From Kiritimatiellia bacterium (GTDB lineage Bacteria; Verrucomicrobiota; Kiritimatiellia; RFP12; UBA1067), in NCBI GenBank assembly GCA_045599445.1, contig JAZRWB010000030.1, positions 1-61,914 of the forward strand: a stretch of DNA of 61,914 bases, in the 5' to 3' direction. Under the pieces are notes generated by a model, which was not told the origin of the DNA, did not search any database, and worked only from the letters and a program-made list of their open reading frames with translations. The position numbers and the translations under genes were made by a program. Each line of letters starts with the position of its first letter. The first letter of the stretch is position 1. Below, one piece after another: positions 24,852 to 34,558 of the stretch.

Positions 24852-25884
24852 ATTCGATTACCTTTCCTACGGCTTCTTCCTCTTTTACCTTGCACACAGA
24901 CTCTCCTTTGACATAAAGGAGAAATTCGCCATCGCCGCCGCAAAGCGCGATATCCGCGCCTTTCGCCTCGCCCGGCCCGTTGACCGCGCAGCCCATTACC
25001 GCGATTTTGGGAAGCGGACGCTTGAGCGCTCCGCCGGGGTCGAACGCCAGACGCTCGAGCGCTTCCTCGACTTGCGAGGCGATGCGTACGAGATCGACCT
25101 TGGTACGTCCGCAAGTAGGGCAACTGGTAATCGCCGGGCCCGCTTCGCGCATGCCGAGCGACCGCAAAATCTCCAATCCGACCTTGACCTCCTTCTCCGG
25201 CTTGCCGGTCAAGGAGACGCGAATGGTGTCGCCGATTCCATCCGAAAGCAATATCCCCAACGCCACCGAGCTGCGAACCGCGCCCGGAATGAGCGTTCCG
25301 GCTTCGGTTACTCCGAGATGCAAAGGGCAATCGGTCGCTTGGGCGAGCTCGCGATAGACTTCGATCGTCTTCAAGACGTTTGACGCCTTGGCGCTGATGA
25401 CGACATCGCGGAAGCCCTCGTCCTCCAGCAGCTTCAAGTGCTTTAACGCCGAGCTCGTAAGCGTCTCGCCTTTTTCGAGCGAACCGCCGTTCACCCCGAT
25501 TCTAATCACAATCCCCTTCGCCTTCGCCGCGCGCGCCACCGCCTGCACCCGATCGCGAGAGCCGATGTTGCCGGGATTGATCCGCAATCCGTCCGCTCCC
25601 GCCTCGATCGCCGCCAGCGCGCAACGATAGTCGAAGTGAACGTCGGCGACGATTGGAATCGGCGAGAGCTTCCTGACCTCGCCGAGCGTCTTCGCCGCCT
25701 CGACGTCGGGAACCGTCATACGAAAGACGTCGCACCCCGATTCCGCGCAACTCTTCAATTGCGCGACGAGCGCGGCCGCGTCGTGCGGATCGACGTTTGC
25801 CATCGTCTGCACGCTCACCGGGGCTCCGCCGCCGAGGGCGAGCTTACCGAGTTTCAGCGCTCGCGTTTCGTTCCGGGTGTGCAT
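24832..25884 (-). CDS. ispG: 4-hydroxy-3-methylbut-2-en-1-yl diphosphate synthase
   Basis: VSVQTM, ADVHFD, RINPGN, RIGVNGGSL, HLGVTEAG, SCPTCGR, AVMGCAVNGPGE. Confidence 0.96.
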   Translation of the reverse strand: MHTRNETRALKLGKLALGGGAPVSVQTMANVDPHDAAALVAQLKSCAESGCDVFRMTVPDVEAAKTLGEVRKLSPIPIVADVHFDYRCALAAIEAGADGLRINPGNIGSRDRVQAVARAAKAKGIVIRIGVNGGSLEKGETLTSSALKHLKLLEDEGFRDVVISAKASNVLKTIEVYRELAQATDCPLHLGVTEAGTLIPGAVRSSVALGILLSDGIGDTIRVSLTGKPEKEVKVGLEILRSLGMREAGPAITSCPTCGRTKVDLVRIASQVEEALERLAFDPGGALKRPLPKIAVMGCAVNGPGEAKGADIALCGGDGEFLLYVKGESVCKVKEEEAVGKVIEYAISLQ

Positions 25885-26971
25885 GGGAGTGGATTTTATA
25901 ACTGCGCCACGAATCGTGGCCGATCAAGTAAAGCATCGCCGCCAGCAAAAGCGCCATGAAAAAGAGCGAAGCGTACTTCACCACGGCATCGGGCACTCGC
26001 CGACGAAAGACGAGCGCGATTAGCGAAAAGAGGATAAGCCCGCCATCCAAAACCGGAATCGGCAAAAGGTTGAGAATCGCGAGGTTGACGTTCAAAAAGC
26101 GCAAAAATCCAAGTCCATCCCACGGACTGCGCCGCAAGGAGCCGTAAATCCCCTCGGCGATCAGCACCGGCCCGCCAAGCGCTCCCGCGGTCGCCTTCGC
26201 CTCGCTTGGAGTAACCAGTCCTTTGAGCACTCGGAAAATCGACCCCGCGTCCCACGCGAGCTGTTTAAGCGGATTGCGAGACGGCATCCACGCGACCGCG
26301 CCGGCGTGATTGGTGGTGGATACGGCCATCACGTACCACGCCCCGGTGACGTCGCTGCGCCGAGGCACGACCTCAAGCTCCATCAGTTCGCCCGCGCGCT
26401 CGACCGTGAATGGTGTCGATTTACCGCCGGTGATTTGCACCTCGGTCTGCATCTCCGTCCAAGTCACGATCTCGCGACCACCGACCTTGCGAACAATGTC
26501 GCCGCTCTTAATCCCCGCCTCCGCCGCAGGTCCGTTCTCCAAAACCTCGCCGATAATCGCCGGAATCTCGCCGAAACGCGCCGAGGGAACGAGCGCGAGC
26601 AAAACCGCCAGCACCGCCGCCAACACTAAATTCATGAGCGGGCCGGCGAACGCGACCGCAATTTCCTTCCACGCGGGAATCCTCGCCTTCGCTTTCGTCT
26701 CGCCCGCGCCTTCCAACGCCTTCGTGCCTTCGGGATCGACATCGGGAATCGAGACGTAACCGCCGAGCGGAATCAGGCTTATGCGATATTCGACGCCTTT
26801 CATCTTCTTTTTCCAAAGCGCCGGCCCGAAGCCGATGGAAAACGCCTCGACGCGCAACCCGAGCTTCAACGCGACGATGAAGTGGCCGAATTCATGAACC
26901 AAAATCGCGAGCGCGAAAAGCAGTACGCAAGCGACGATGTAAAGCGAAGTTACAATGATTTCCATACCCAC
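25844..26971 (-). CDS. rseP: RIP metalloprotease RseP with a PDZ domain
   Basis: HEFGH, FSIGFG, PLGGYV, AGPLMN, NLLPIPVLDGG. Conserved dxr-rseP-ispG order. Confidence 0.93.
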   Translation of the reverse strand: MGMEIIVTSLYIVACVLLFALAILVHEFGHFIVALKLGLRVEAFSIGFGPALWKKKMKGVEYRISLIPLGGYVSIPDVDPEGTKALEGAGETKAKARIPAWKEIAVAFAGPLMNLVLAAVLAVLLALVPSARFGEIPAIIGEVLENGPAAEAGIKSGDIVRKVGGREIVTWTEMQTEVQITGGKSTPFTVERAGELMELEVVPRRSDVTGAWYVMAVSTTNHAGAVAWMPSRNPLKQLAWDAGSIFRVLKGLVTPSEAKATAGALGGPVLIAEGIYGSLRRSPWDGLGFLRFLNVNLAILNLLPIPVLDGGLILFSLIALVFRRRVPDAVVKYASLFFMALLLAAMLYLIGHDSWRSYKIHSHAHPERNASAETR

Positions 26972-28005
26972 TCGTTCGCGGCGAACACCGCCTCCAGAGA
27001 ATCACATTTCATTTTCGGCGCCTTTTCAAGCGCCCGTTCCACAAGCTCGGCGATGCCCGTCCATTTGATCTCGCCACGCAAAAACCGCGCCACCGCGAGT
27101 TCGTCGGCGGCGGCGAGAACCGCACTAGCGCATCCACCCTCCGCCATCGCCGCCTTGACGAGCCGCAAGCAGGGAAAGCGACTTTCGTCGGGTTCGCGAA
27201 AGTTCAGCGCGCCGACTTTCGCCAAATTCAATTCTTCGCGCTCCGATTTCAAACGCCTCGGATACGAAAGCGCGTATTGAATCGCCACCCGCATATCCGG
27301 CGGCGAAAGTTGCGCCAGCGTCGCCCCGTCCTCGAAGGTAACGAGACTGTGCACAATCGACTCGGGGTGCACCACGACGTCGATACGCTCGACCGGAACG
27401 TCGAAAAGCCAACGCGCTTCGAGAATTTCAAAGCCCTTGTTCATCATCGTCGAGGAATCGATCGTCACTTTCGGGCCCATCTTCCAGCGCGGATGCGCAA
27501 GCGCCTGCTCCACGGTAACCGACGCGAGATCGGATGGCGAATCGAGAAATGGCCCGCCCGAAGCCGTCAAAATCAAGCGCTCGACCGCACCGCCGCCTTG
27601 CAGACACTGGAAAATCGCCGAATGTTCGCTGTCGACCGGCAAAAACTTCACGCCCCTCGCCTTCGCAAGCGCGGTTACGAACTCTCCCGCCATCACCATC
27701 ACTTCCTTGGTGGCAAGCGCGACGTCCATGCCCTTTTCGATGGCGAGAATCGTCGGCTTCAACCCCGACATCCCGACCGTGGCGACGAGACAGACGTCGG
27801 CGTCGTTCTCCTCGATTGCTCGAACGGCGGCGTCCTCGCCGACATAGGAAGCGGCTCCGAATTCCTTCGCCAGCGCCTCGCACTTTTCCTTCGACTTGAG
27901 CGCGGCCAAGGCGACGAGACTGAAGCTTTCGGGGTGCGAACGGACAACGTCGATCGCGTTCATGCCAATCGAGCCGGTCGCCCCCAAAATTATGATCTTA
28001 CGCAT
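26950..28005 (-). CDS. dxr: 1-deoxy-D-xylulose-5-phosphate reductoisomerase
   Basis: LGATGSIG, ALATKE, PVDSEHSAIFQ, LTASGGPF, HP.WKMG.K.TIDS, NKGFE. Start trimmed to MRKIII because the longer call overlaps the tRNA. Confidence 0.96.
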   Translation of the reverse strand: MRKIIILGATGSIGMNAIDVVRSHPESFSLVALAALKSKEKCEALAKEFGAASYVGEDAAVRAIEENDADVCLVATVGMSGLKPTILAIEKGMDVALATKEVMVMAGEFVTALAKARGVKFLPVDSEHSAIFQCLQGGGAVERLILTASGGPFLDSPSDLASVTVEQALAHPRWKMGPKVTIDSSTMMNKGFEILEARWLFDVPVERIDVVVHPESIVHSLVTFEDGATLAQLSPPDMRVAIQYALSYPRRLKSEREELNLAKVGALNFREPDESRFPCLRLVKAAMAEGGCASAVLAAADELAVARFLRGEIKWTGIAELVERALEKAPKMKCDSLEAVFAANEWVWKSL

Positions 28006-28021
28006 CTTCCTAACATCGCGT

Positions 28022-28030
28022 ATTATACCA
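28022..28030 (-). promoter_or_regulatory. Extended -10 promoter (TGGTATAAT) for dxr
   Basis: Lies between the tRNA 3' end and the dxr ATG, 16 nt upstream of the ATG. Confidence 0.6.
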
Positions 28031-28035
28031 AATTT

Positions 28036-28112
28036 TGGTGGGACCGGGGAGAATCGAACTCCCAACCTCAAGTTTAGGAAACTCGCGCTCTGTCCAGTTG
28101 AGCTACGATCCC
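28036..28112 (-). tRNA. tRNA-Arg (anticodon CCT)
   Basis: GGGATCGTAGCTCAACTGGACAGAGCGCGAGTTTCCTAAACTTGAGGTTGGGAGTTCGATTCTCCCCGGTCCCACCA: 77-nt cloverleaf with TTCGA T-loop and encoded CCA. Confidence 0.96.
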
Positions 28113-28117
28113 GAAAA

Positions 28118-30622
28118 TCACTTCTTGGCCTTGACGCCGATGTCGGAGAGCTTCATCGAGATGACTCTCGAAACGCCCTTTTCCTGCTGCGAAACGCCGT
28201 AGACGAGATCGCTGCCCGCAATCGTGTGCTGGTTGTGGGTAATGATCAGGAACTGCGATTGCGCGAGAAATTCCTTGAGCTGTTCGACGAAGCGACCGAT
28301 GTTCGCGTCGTCGAGCGCCGCGTCCAGCTCGTCCAACATGCAGAACGGCGCGGGCTTGATCATGAAAATCGAGAAAAGCAGCGCCACCGCGGTCATCGTG
28401 CGTTCGCCGCCCGAAAGCAGCGTCACCGACTGCGGACGCTTGCCCGGAGGACGGGCGATGATGTCGATTCCGCATTCGAGCGGGTCTTCCTCGTTCTCCA
28501 AGAGGACGAGTCGCGCCTCGCCGCCGCCGAAAAGCCGCGTGAACATCGCCTGGAAGTTCTTGTTCGCCTGCTCGAACGTCGTCTTGAACATGTCGCCAGA
28601 AGTCGAATTCAGGTTGTTGATGAGCTCCAGAAGCTGGGCCTTGGCGGCGAGCAAATCCTCTTCCTGCGCCTTCTCGCGAGCATAGCGTTCCTCGAGCTCC
28701 TGGCACTCCTCGATCGCGACCATGTTGACCGGTCCGAGCTCGGCGATCTCCGCCTGCAACCGTCCGACCGTGACCTCCAGCTCCTCCATCGGCGGCACCA
28801 CGCCCTTCTTCCACTCGGGATCCGGCTCGCGCATCACGGCATCGGCGAAAAGCCCGTATTCGTCCTGCAAATGCTCGTAGACGTTCTGACGGCGCATCGT
28901 CGCCTCGGTCGCCTGGACTTCGAGTTTGCCGCGGAAATCCTTCGCCTGATCGAGCGCGCCGCGCTTCTCCGCGACTTGCTGGTCGGCGGCGGTAATCCGC
29001 TCGAGCATCGCCGCGCGCTTGCCGCGCTCGTCGTTGATGAGATCGACGTAGCTCGACGCCTTCGCCTTCAATTCGTCGAGCTGCGCCATCAAATCGCCCG
29101 ATTCCTCGGTCAGCTTCGCGATCGACTCCTCGTAGCCCCTGACCATCGCCTCGCGACCTTCGATCGCGCGCTCCAGTTCTTCGCGCCGCTGACGGGCGAT
29201 TTCGTTCTGCTGGCCGACGAAGGAAAGCTCCTGTTCCATCTGGCTCGTCGTGATGCGCCGCTCGGTGAGCCGCTGGGAAAGCGTCATCGAATCCGCCTCC
29301 AGCTTGCGCAGCTCCTCTTCGACGCCGCCAATCTCCGCCATCAGTATCTCGCGTCGATCCGCGGTCGTAACCGAAGTTCCGGCCTTCCAAATTTCGGTCT
29401 TGCCGTCGCGCTCGACCTCGCTATCCTTGACGAGATGCCCGGTAAGCGTGGTATTGGCGACCTCGTTGCGCTTAACGGAAACCTCTTCGCGCTTCGCGTC
29501 GATCTTCGATTGGGCGTCGGCGAAAATCGCCTCGCTCTCGGCGAGCGCCAATTTGGCGGCGGCGAGCGAATCGGTCAAAAGCTTCGTCTTCTGCTCCAGC
29601 GACTCCGCCTGCATGCGAACTTCCTCGAGCGTGCGCCGCGACCCCTCCATCTCCGCGGAATCGCGCTGAACGAACGAGCGATATTCCTCGACCCGCGTCG
29701 CGTTCACCCCGATAACCTCGCGCGCACGGCCGTAGGCGCCCTCGGCGGCGGCCTGCTCGGAAGCGAGCGTCTGCAAGCGCTCTTCGAGCTCGTGAATCGC
29801 CGAATGCATCTCCTGGGCCTCGCGCTCCGCCGCCGTAACCGTCTCCTGTGCCTCGCCAATCGCCTTGTCGATTTCGTTGCGGTTTACCGCGTTCTGCTCG
29901 AGCTCCTGATCGAAGGCGTGGATTTTCTGTTTGGAAACGTAGATGTCGATTCCGCGCAACTGGTCGCGCAGCTCCTTGTACTTCTTCGCCTTTCCGACCT
30001 GACGCTGCAAGGAGCCGATTTGGCGCTTCATTTCCCGAAGGACGTCGGCTTCGCGCAAGAGGTTCTGTTCGGTCTGCTCGATCTTCCGAAGCGCTTCCTT
30101 GCGATCGGCCTTGAACTTCATGATTCCGGCCGCTTCCTCGAAGATGCCGCGCCGATCCTCGGGCTTGGACGAAAGAATCGCGTCGATCTGGCCCTGCGCC
30201 ATCACCGAGTAGGAGGAAGTTCCGATGCCGGTGTTCATGAAGAGGCGTTGCACGTCCTTCAACCGACAGGCCTGCTTGTTGATGAAGTACTCGCCCGAGC
30301 CGTCGCGATAGACGCGGCGGGTAATCGTCACTTCGTGATAGTCGGTTCCCAGTTCCTTTTCGCAATCGTCGAAGGTAATGGACACCTCCGCGAGACCGAG
30401 TGGCTTGCGCGTGTCCGTACCGTTGAATACGACATCGGCGAGCTTGGAACAACGTAGCGCGGTCGGGCGCTGTTCGCCGAGCACCCAGCGAATCGCGTCG
30501 GAAACGTTCGATTTTCCGCAGCCGTTGGGCCCGACGATGGCGATTAGACCGGGGTCGAAGCTGAGCCGCGTCTTGTCGGCGAAGCTCTTGAAGCCAGAAA
30601 TGTTAAGCTCTTTTAAATACAT
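28118..30622 (-). CDS. smc: Chromosome segregation protein SMC, unusually short (834 aa)
   Basis: GFKSFAD, GPNGCGKSN, DAIRWVLGE, QGQID, FEEAAGI; C-terminal GPVN..AIEE, LLSGGE, LDELDAALDDAN, ITH. No canonical hinge visible. Confidence 0.92.
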   Translation of the reverse strand: MYLKELNISGFKSFADKTRLSFDPGLIAIVGPNGCGKSNVSDAIRWVLGEQRPTALRCSKLADVVFNGTDTRKPLGLAEVSITFDDCEKELGTDYHEVTITRRVYRDGSGEYFINKQACRLKDVQRLFMNTGIGTSSYSVMAQGQIDAILSSKPEDRRGIFEEAAGIMKFKADRKEALRKIEQTEQNLLREADVLREMKRQIGSLQRQVGKAKKYKELRDQLRGIDIYVSKQKIHAFDQELEQNAVNRNEIDKAIGEAQETVTAAEREAQEMHSAIHELEERLQTLASEQAAAEGAYGRAREVIGVNATRVEEYRSFVQRDSAEMEGSRRTLEEVRMQAESLEQKTKLLTDSLAAAKLALAESEAIFADAQSKIDAKREEVSVKRNEVANTTLTGHLVKDSEVERDGKTEIWKAGTSVTTADRREILMAEIGGVEEELRKLEADSMTLSQRLTERRITTSQMEQELSFVGQQNEIARQRREELERAIEGREAMVRGYEESIAKLTEESGDLMAQLDELKAKASSYVDLINDERGKRAAMLERITAADQQVAEKRGALDQAKDFRGKLEVQATEATMRRQNVYEHLQDEYGLFADAVMREPDPEWKKGVVPPMEELEVTVGRLQAEIAELGPVNMVAIEECQELEERYAREKAQEEDLLAAKAQLLELINNLNSTSGDMFKTTFEQANKNFQAMFTRLFGGGEARLVLLENEEDPLECGIDIIARPPGKRPQSVTLLSGGERTMTAVALLFSIFMIKPAPFCMLDELDAALDDANIGRFVEQLKEFLAQSQFLIITHNQHTIAGSDLVYGVSQQEKGVSRVISMKLSDIGVKAKK

Positions 30623-31632
30623 TAGATCAAGTTACGCTTGACGAGCTGCTCCGCGATCTCCACCGCGTTAAGCGCCGCGCCACGGAGAAGCTGGTCGCCG
30701 GAAACGAACATTTCTAGACCCTTCTTGTCGTCGCGCGAGATATCCTGGCGAATGCGCCCCGCGAGAACGTCGTACTTCGCCGTCGCGTCGAGCGGCATCG
30801 GGTATCCGCCGTTAAGCGGATCGTCCACGACCTTCACGCCCTCGACACCGCGCAAAATCTCGCGCGCCTCCTCGGGGGTGATGTCGTTCTCGAACTCGAG
30901 ATTCAGCGATTCGGAGTGGGCGCGTGCGATCGGAACGCGCACGCAAGTGCAGGAGAGCATCAGCTCCGGAAGATGCAGCATCTTCCGCGCCTCGTTGCGC
31001 ATCTTCAATTCCTCTAGCGTATACCAGTTCGTCTCGTCGAACTTGTCGATGTGGGGAATCAAGTTGTACATGAGCTGGTGTTGAAACGCCTTTACCGTAA
31101 GCGGCTTACCCGCCGCATAGTCGTGAATCTGGTCTTCCAACTCGGCGAGACCGGGCGCGCCCGCGCCGGACGCGGCCTGATAGGTGGAGGCGACGAGTCG
31201 CTTCAAACCCTTCGCCTTGTGGAGCGGGGCGACCGCTTCGAGCATAATCGCCGTGGTGCAGTTCGGATTCGCGATCACGCCTTCGTTCCAGTCGAGATCC
31301 TCGGCGTTTACCTGCGGAACGACGAGCGGAACCTTAGGATCCTGACGAAAGGCTCGGGAATTGTCGATCATCTTCGCGCCCGACTTCACGACCGCGTCCT
31401 TGAGCGCGATCGCGACATCGGTCTTGCCGGCGAAAAGCACGATGTCGAGCCCCTTGAAGCTGTTTTCATCCGCCTTGAGCACATGGTAACTCTCGCCCAA
31501 AATCATCTCGTCACGCTCTCGCGAAGCGAACACCTGCACCTTGCCGCAAGGGAACTCCCGCTCCTTGAGCACCTTGATCATTTCGGTGCCAACGGCGCCA
31601 ACACCCACTAAACCTACGTTATATGTCTTCAT
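30622..31632 (-). CDS. asd: Aspartate-semialdehyde dehydrogenase
   Basis: IDNSRAFR, VPLVVP.VN, IANPNCTT, STYQAASGAG, TCVRVP..RAHSE. Confidence 0.95.
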   Translation of the reverse strand: MKTYNVGLVGVGAVGTEMIKVLKEREFPCGKVQVFASRERDEMILGESYHVLKADENSFKGLDIVLFAGKTDVAIALKDAVVKSGAKMIDNSRAFRQDPKVPLVVPQVNAEDLDWNEGVIANPNCTTAIMLEAVAPLHKAKGLKRLVASTYQAASGAGAPGLAELEDQIHDYAAGKPLTVKAFQHQLMYNLIPHIDKFDETNWYTLEELKMRNEARKMLHLPELMLSCTCVRVPIARAHSESLNLEFENDITPEEAREILRGVEGVKVVDDPLNGGYPMPLDATAKYDVLAGRIRQDISRDDKKGLEMFVSGDQLLRGAALNAVEIAEQLVKRNLI

Positions 31633-31640
31633 TAGGCGTT

Positions 31641-31649
31641 ATTATATCA
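31641..31649 (-). promoter_or_regulatory. Extended -10 promoter (TGATATAAT), leaderless asd
   Basis: 8 nt before the asd ATG; no Shine-Dalgarno. Confidence 0.62.
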
Positions 31650-32864
31650 TATTTTTCCGAAAATCAGCGAGGTATTGACTCCGCCGAAGGCGAAATTGTT
31701 GCTCATCGAGTATTCGGCGTCGATTTTCCGACCCTCGCCGACAATATAATCGAGCTCGGCGCATTCGGGATCGACGGTGTTGAGATTGAGCGTCGGGTGG
31801 AACCATCCTTCGTTCATCATCATTATCGTCATCGCCGCTTCGAGCGAACCGCAAGCGCCGAGCGTATGCCCGACGTAACTCTTCGTCGAAGATATCGCGA
31901 CCGCCCGATTGAAAGCCGCTCGCGTAGCCGTCGTTTCCGCGACATCTCCCGCCTTGGTCGCGGTTCCGTGGCCGTTGACGTAACCGATTGCGCTACCGTC
32001 CAAGCCCGCGCACTCGAGCGCCCCCCTGAGCGCCGCCGCCATCGTCTCCGCGTTCGGGTTGGTGACGTGAGTGCCGTCGGTATTCTCCGCGAATCCCTTG
32101 ACTTCCGCGTAAATCTTCGCGCCTCGCGCCTTCGCCCGCTCCATTTCCTCCAAAACGAGCGTGCAGGCGCCTTCGCCGATTACCAGGCCATCGCGATTCG
32201 CGTCGTAAGGCGCGGGAGTCGTGCGCGGCGAATCGTTCTTGAGCGAAGTCGCATAAAGCGTGTCGAAAATCGCCACTTGCGTCGGCGAGAACTCCTCCGC
32301 TCCGCCCACGATCATCACATCCTGCAATCCGTACTTGATAAGCTCGTAGCCGGAGCCGATGGCGAGCGAACCCGAAGTGCACGCCGTCCCCGTCGGCACC
32401 AGCCGTCCGTGCGTTTTGAAGTGAACCGAAAGATTGCACGCCGTGGTTTGGGGCATGAGCTTTATGTACGTTCCGCTCGTAACGTTCTTGAGCTCGTGAG
32501 TGTAAAGAAGCGAAAGGAAGTCGAGATGGGCGGGAATCGAACCCGAGCAACTGCCGTAGGCGACGCCGGTTCGACCGCTTTCGAGAGTCGCCGCGTCCAG
32601 CCCCGCCTCCGCCACCGCCTGTTCGGTGGCCGCGAGCGCATACATCGCGACCTCCCCCATCGAACGCACGGTCTTGCGCGTCCAATGCTCGGGTTTTAAG
32701 AAGTTGGCGCGCGCGCCGAGATGCGAATTAAGTCCTTTGTAGACATCGAGGTCGACGACGTGCTCGATGCAATTCTCGAACTTCTTGAGCCGAGCATAAG
32801 CGGAATCGATCGTCTGGCCGAGCGGCGAAACGATGCCCATTCCAGTTACGACGACTCGCCTCAT
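31647..32864 (-). CDS. Beta-ketoacyl-ACP synthase (FabF/FabB-like)
   Basis: RRVVVTGMG, TACTSG (catalytic Cys), GEGA, NGHGTAT, STKSYVGHTLGACG, NNFAFGG.N. Confidence 0.92.
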   Translation of the reverse strand: MRRVVVTGMGIVSPLGQTIDSAYARLKKFENCIEHVVDLDVYKGLNSHLGARANFLKPEHWTRKTVRSMGEVAMYALAATEQAVAEAGLDAATLESGRTGVAYGSCSGSIPAHLDFLSLLYTHELKNVTSGTYIKLMPQTTACNLSVHFKTHGRLVPTGTACTSGSLAIGSGYELIKYGLQDVMIVGGAEEFSPTQVAIFDTLYATSLKNDSPRTTPAPYDANRDGLVIGEGACTLVLEEMERAKARGAKIYAEVKGFAENTDGTHVTNPNAETMAAALRGALECAGLDGSAIGYVNGHGTATKAGDVAETTATRAAFNRAVAISSTKSYVGHTLGACGSLEAAMTIMMMNEGWFHPTLNLNTVDPECAELDYIVGEGRKIDAEYSMSNNFAFGGVNTSLIFGKI

Positions 32865-34558
32865 GCCGGCTTGTAGCTGTCCTTCAACGAGCAGGTGCGG
32901 TTAAAGACGAGCTTGCCGTCGGCGACGAAATATCCCGTGCGCTCAAACTGGAAATGATCGCCGCTTTTCGCTTCGCCGAGCGTCGGCTCGACGTAACCCT
33001 TGACCACCTTCAGCGAATCGGGATTAAGATATTTGAGGAAGTTGTCGCTGCCGTCCTTGAGCGGATCCTTTTCCGTAAAGAGCCGATCGTAAAGCCGAAC
33101 TTGAGCCTCGAGTCCGCTCGCGCAATCGACCCAATGGATCGTGCCCTTGACCTTGCGTCCGTCGGCGGCGTTGCCGCCCCACGACTGCTCGTCCCAGGTA
33201 CCGTGAATTTCGACGACCTTGCCGGAAGCGTCCTTCTCAAAACCGGTGCATTTGAAGATGCACGCTCCGCGCAACCGCACTTCCTGTCCGGGTGCCATGC
33301 GGAAGAACTTCTTTTCGGGTGTTTCCATGAAATCCGCGCGATCGATCCAAATCTCGCGCCCGAAGGGAATCTTCCTTACTCCCGCCGACTCGTCGAGCGG
33401 ATTGTTGGGAAGCTCCACCTCCTTCACGCCCTCGAAATTGTCGATTACGACTTTCACGGGGTCGAGAACCGCCATTCGCCGCATCGCCGTCCGATTGAGC
33501 TCTTCCCTGACGCACCACTCCAAAAGCGCGAGATCGCTCTCGGACTCGACCTTGGAGACTCCGATTCGGTCGCAGAACTCGCGAATCGCCCCCGGCGTGT
33601 AGCCGCGCCGACGCATGCCGCACACGGTCGGCATCCGCGGATCGTCCCATCCGTCCACCACCTTCTCGTTCACCATCTGCAACAGAAGACGCTTCGACAT
33701 TACCGTGTAGGTAAGGTTGAGCCGCGCGAACTCGCGCTGCTGAGTGCGGATCTTAACGCCGTTCCTGACCGGCAAGAGTCCCTGCTCGTCCATGCGATCG
33801 ACCACCCAGTCGTAGAGCGGACGATGCACCTCGAACTCCAGCGTGCACATCGAGTGGGTCACTCCCTCGAGCGCGTCCTCGATCGGATGCGCGAAGTCGT
33901 ACATCGGATATACGCACCACTTGTCGCCCAAATGGTAGTGCGAGACGTGCCGAATGCGATAAATGACCGGGTCGCGGAAGTGGATGTTGGGGCTCGCCAT
34001 GTCGATCTTCGCGCGAACGCACCACTCTCCGTCGGCGTATTTGCCGTCGCGCATTTCGTGGAAGAGCTTCAAGTTGCGCTCGGGATCGGTGTCGCGCGAG
34101 GGCGAGGGCGTGCCCGGCTTTTCGGGAACGCCGCGATACTTCTTCCACTCGTCTTGCGTCAAGTTGCAGCAATACGCTTGCCCGCGCCGAATCAGCTCCT
34201 CGGCGATTTTGAACATCACGTCGAACATGTTCGAGGCGTTGTAAAAACCCGCCTCGCCCGCGTCGCCCTCGCCCGACCACTGGAAGCCGAGCCAGTTGAT
34301 GTCCTTTTTGATGTTCTCGGCGTACTCGTCGGACTCCTTCGTCGGATTGGTGTCGTCGAGCCGGAGATGGCACTCGCCGCCGAAGAGCTTTGCCATTCCG
34401 AAGTCGACGCACACCGCCTTGGCGTGGCCGATGTGGATGTAGCCGTTCGGTTCCGGCGGGAAGCGCGTCACCACCTTGCCGCCGGTTTTGCCGCCCGCAA
34501 CGTCCTTTTCAATCCACTGCCGGAGAAAATGCCGGGATGTATCGGATTCTTCGTTCAT
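32861..34558 (-). CDS. glnS: Glutamine--tRNA ligase
   Basis: TRFPPEPNGYIHIGHAK, DDTNP.KE, YPMYDFAH, CTLEFE, VMSKR, GWDDPRMPT, FQFERTGYF. Confidence 0.97.
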   Translation of the reverse strand: MNEESDTSRHFLRQWIEKDVAGGKTGGKVVTRFPPEPNGYIHIGHAKAVCVDFGMAKLFGGECHLRLDDTNPTKESDEYAENIKKDINWLGFQWSGEGDAGEAGFYNASNMFDVMFKIAEELIRRGQAYCCNLTQDEWKKYRGVPEKPGTPSPSRDTDPERNLKLFHEMRDGKYADGEWCVRAKIDMASPNIHFRDPVIYRIRHVSHYHLGDKWCVYPMYDFAHPIEDALEGVTHSMCTLEFEVHRPLYDWVVDRMDEQGLLPVRNGVKIRTQQREFARLNLTYTVMSKRLLLQMVNEKVVDGWDDPRMPTVCGMRRRGYTPGAIREFCDRIGVSKVESESDLALLEWCVREELNRTAMRRMAVLDPVKVVIDNFEGVKEVELPNNPLDESAGVRKIPFGREIWIDRADFMETPEKKFFRMAPGQEVRLRGACIFKCTGFEKDASGKVVEIHGTWDEQSWGGNAADGRKVKGTIHWVDCASGLEAQVRLYDRLFTEKDPLKDGSDNFLKYLNPDSLKVVKGYVEPTLGEAKSGDHFQFERTGYFVADGKLVFNRTCSLKDSYKPA

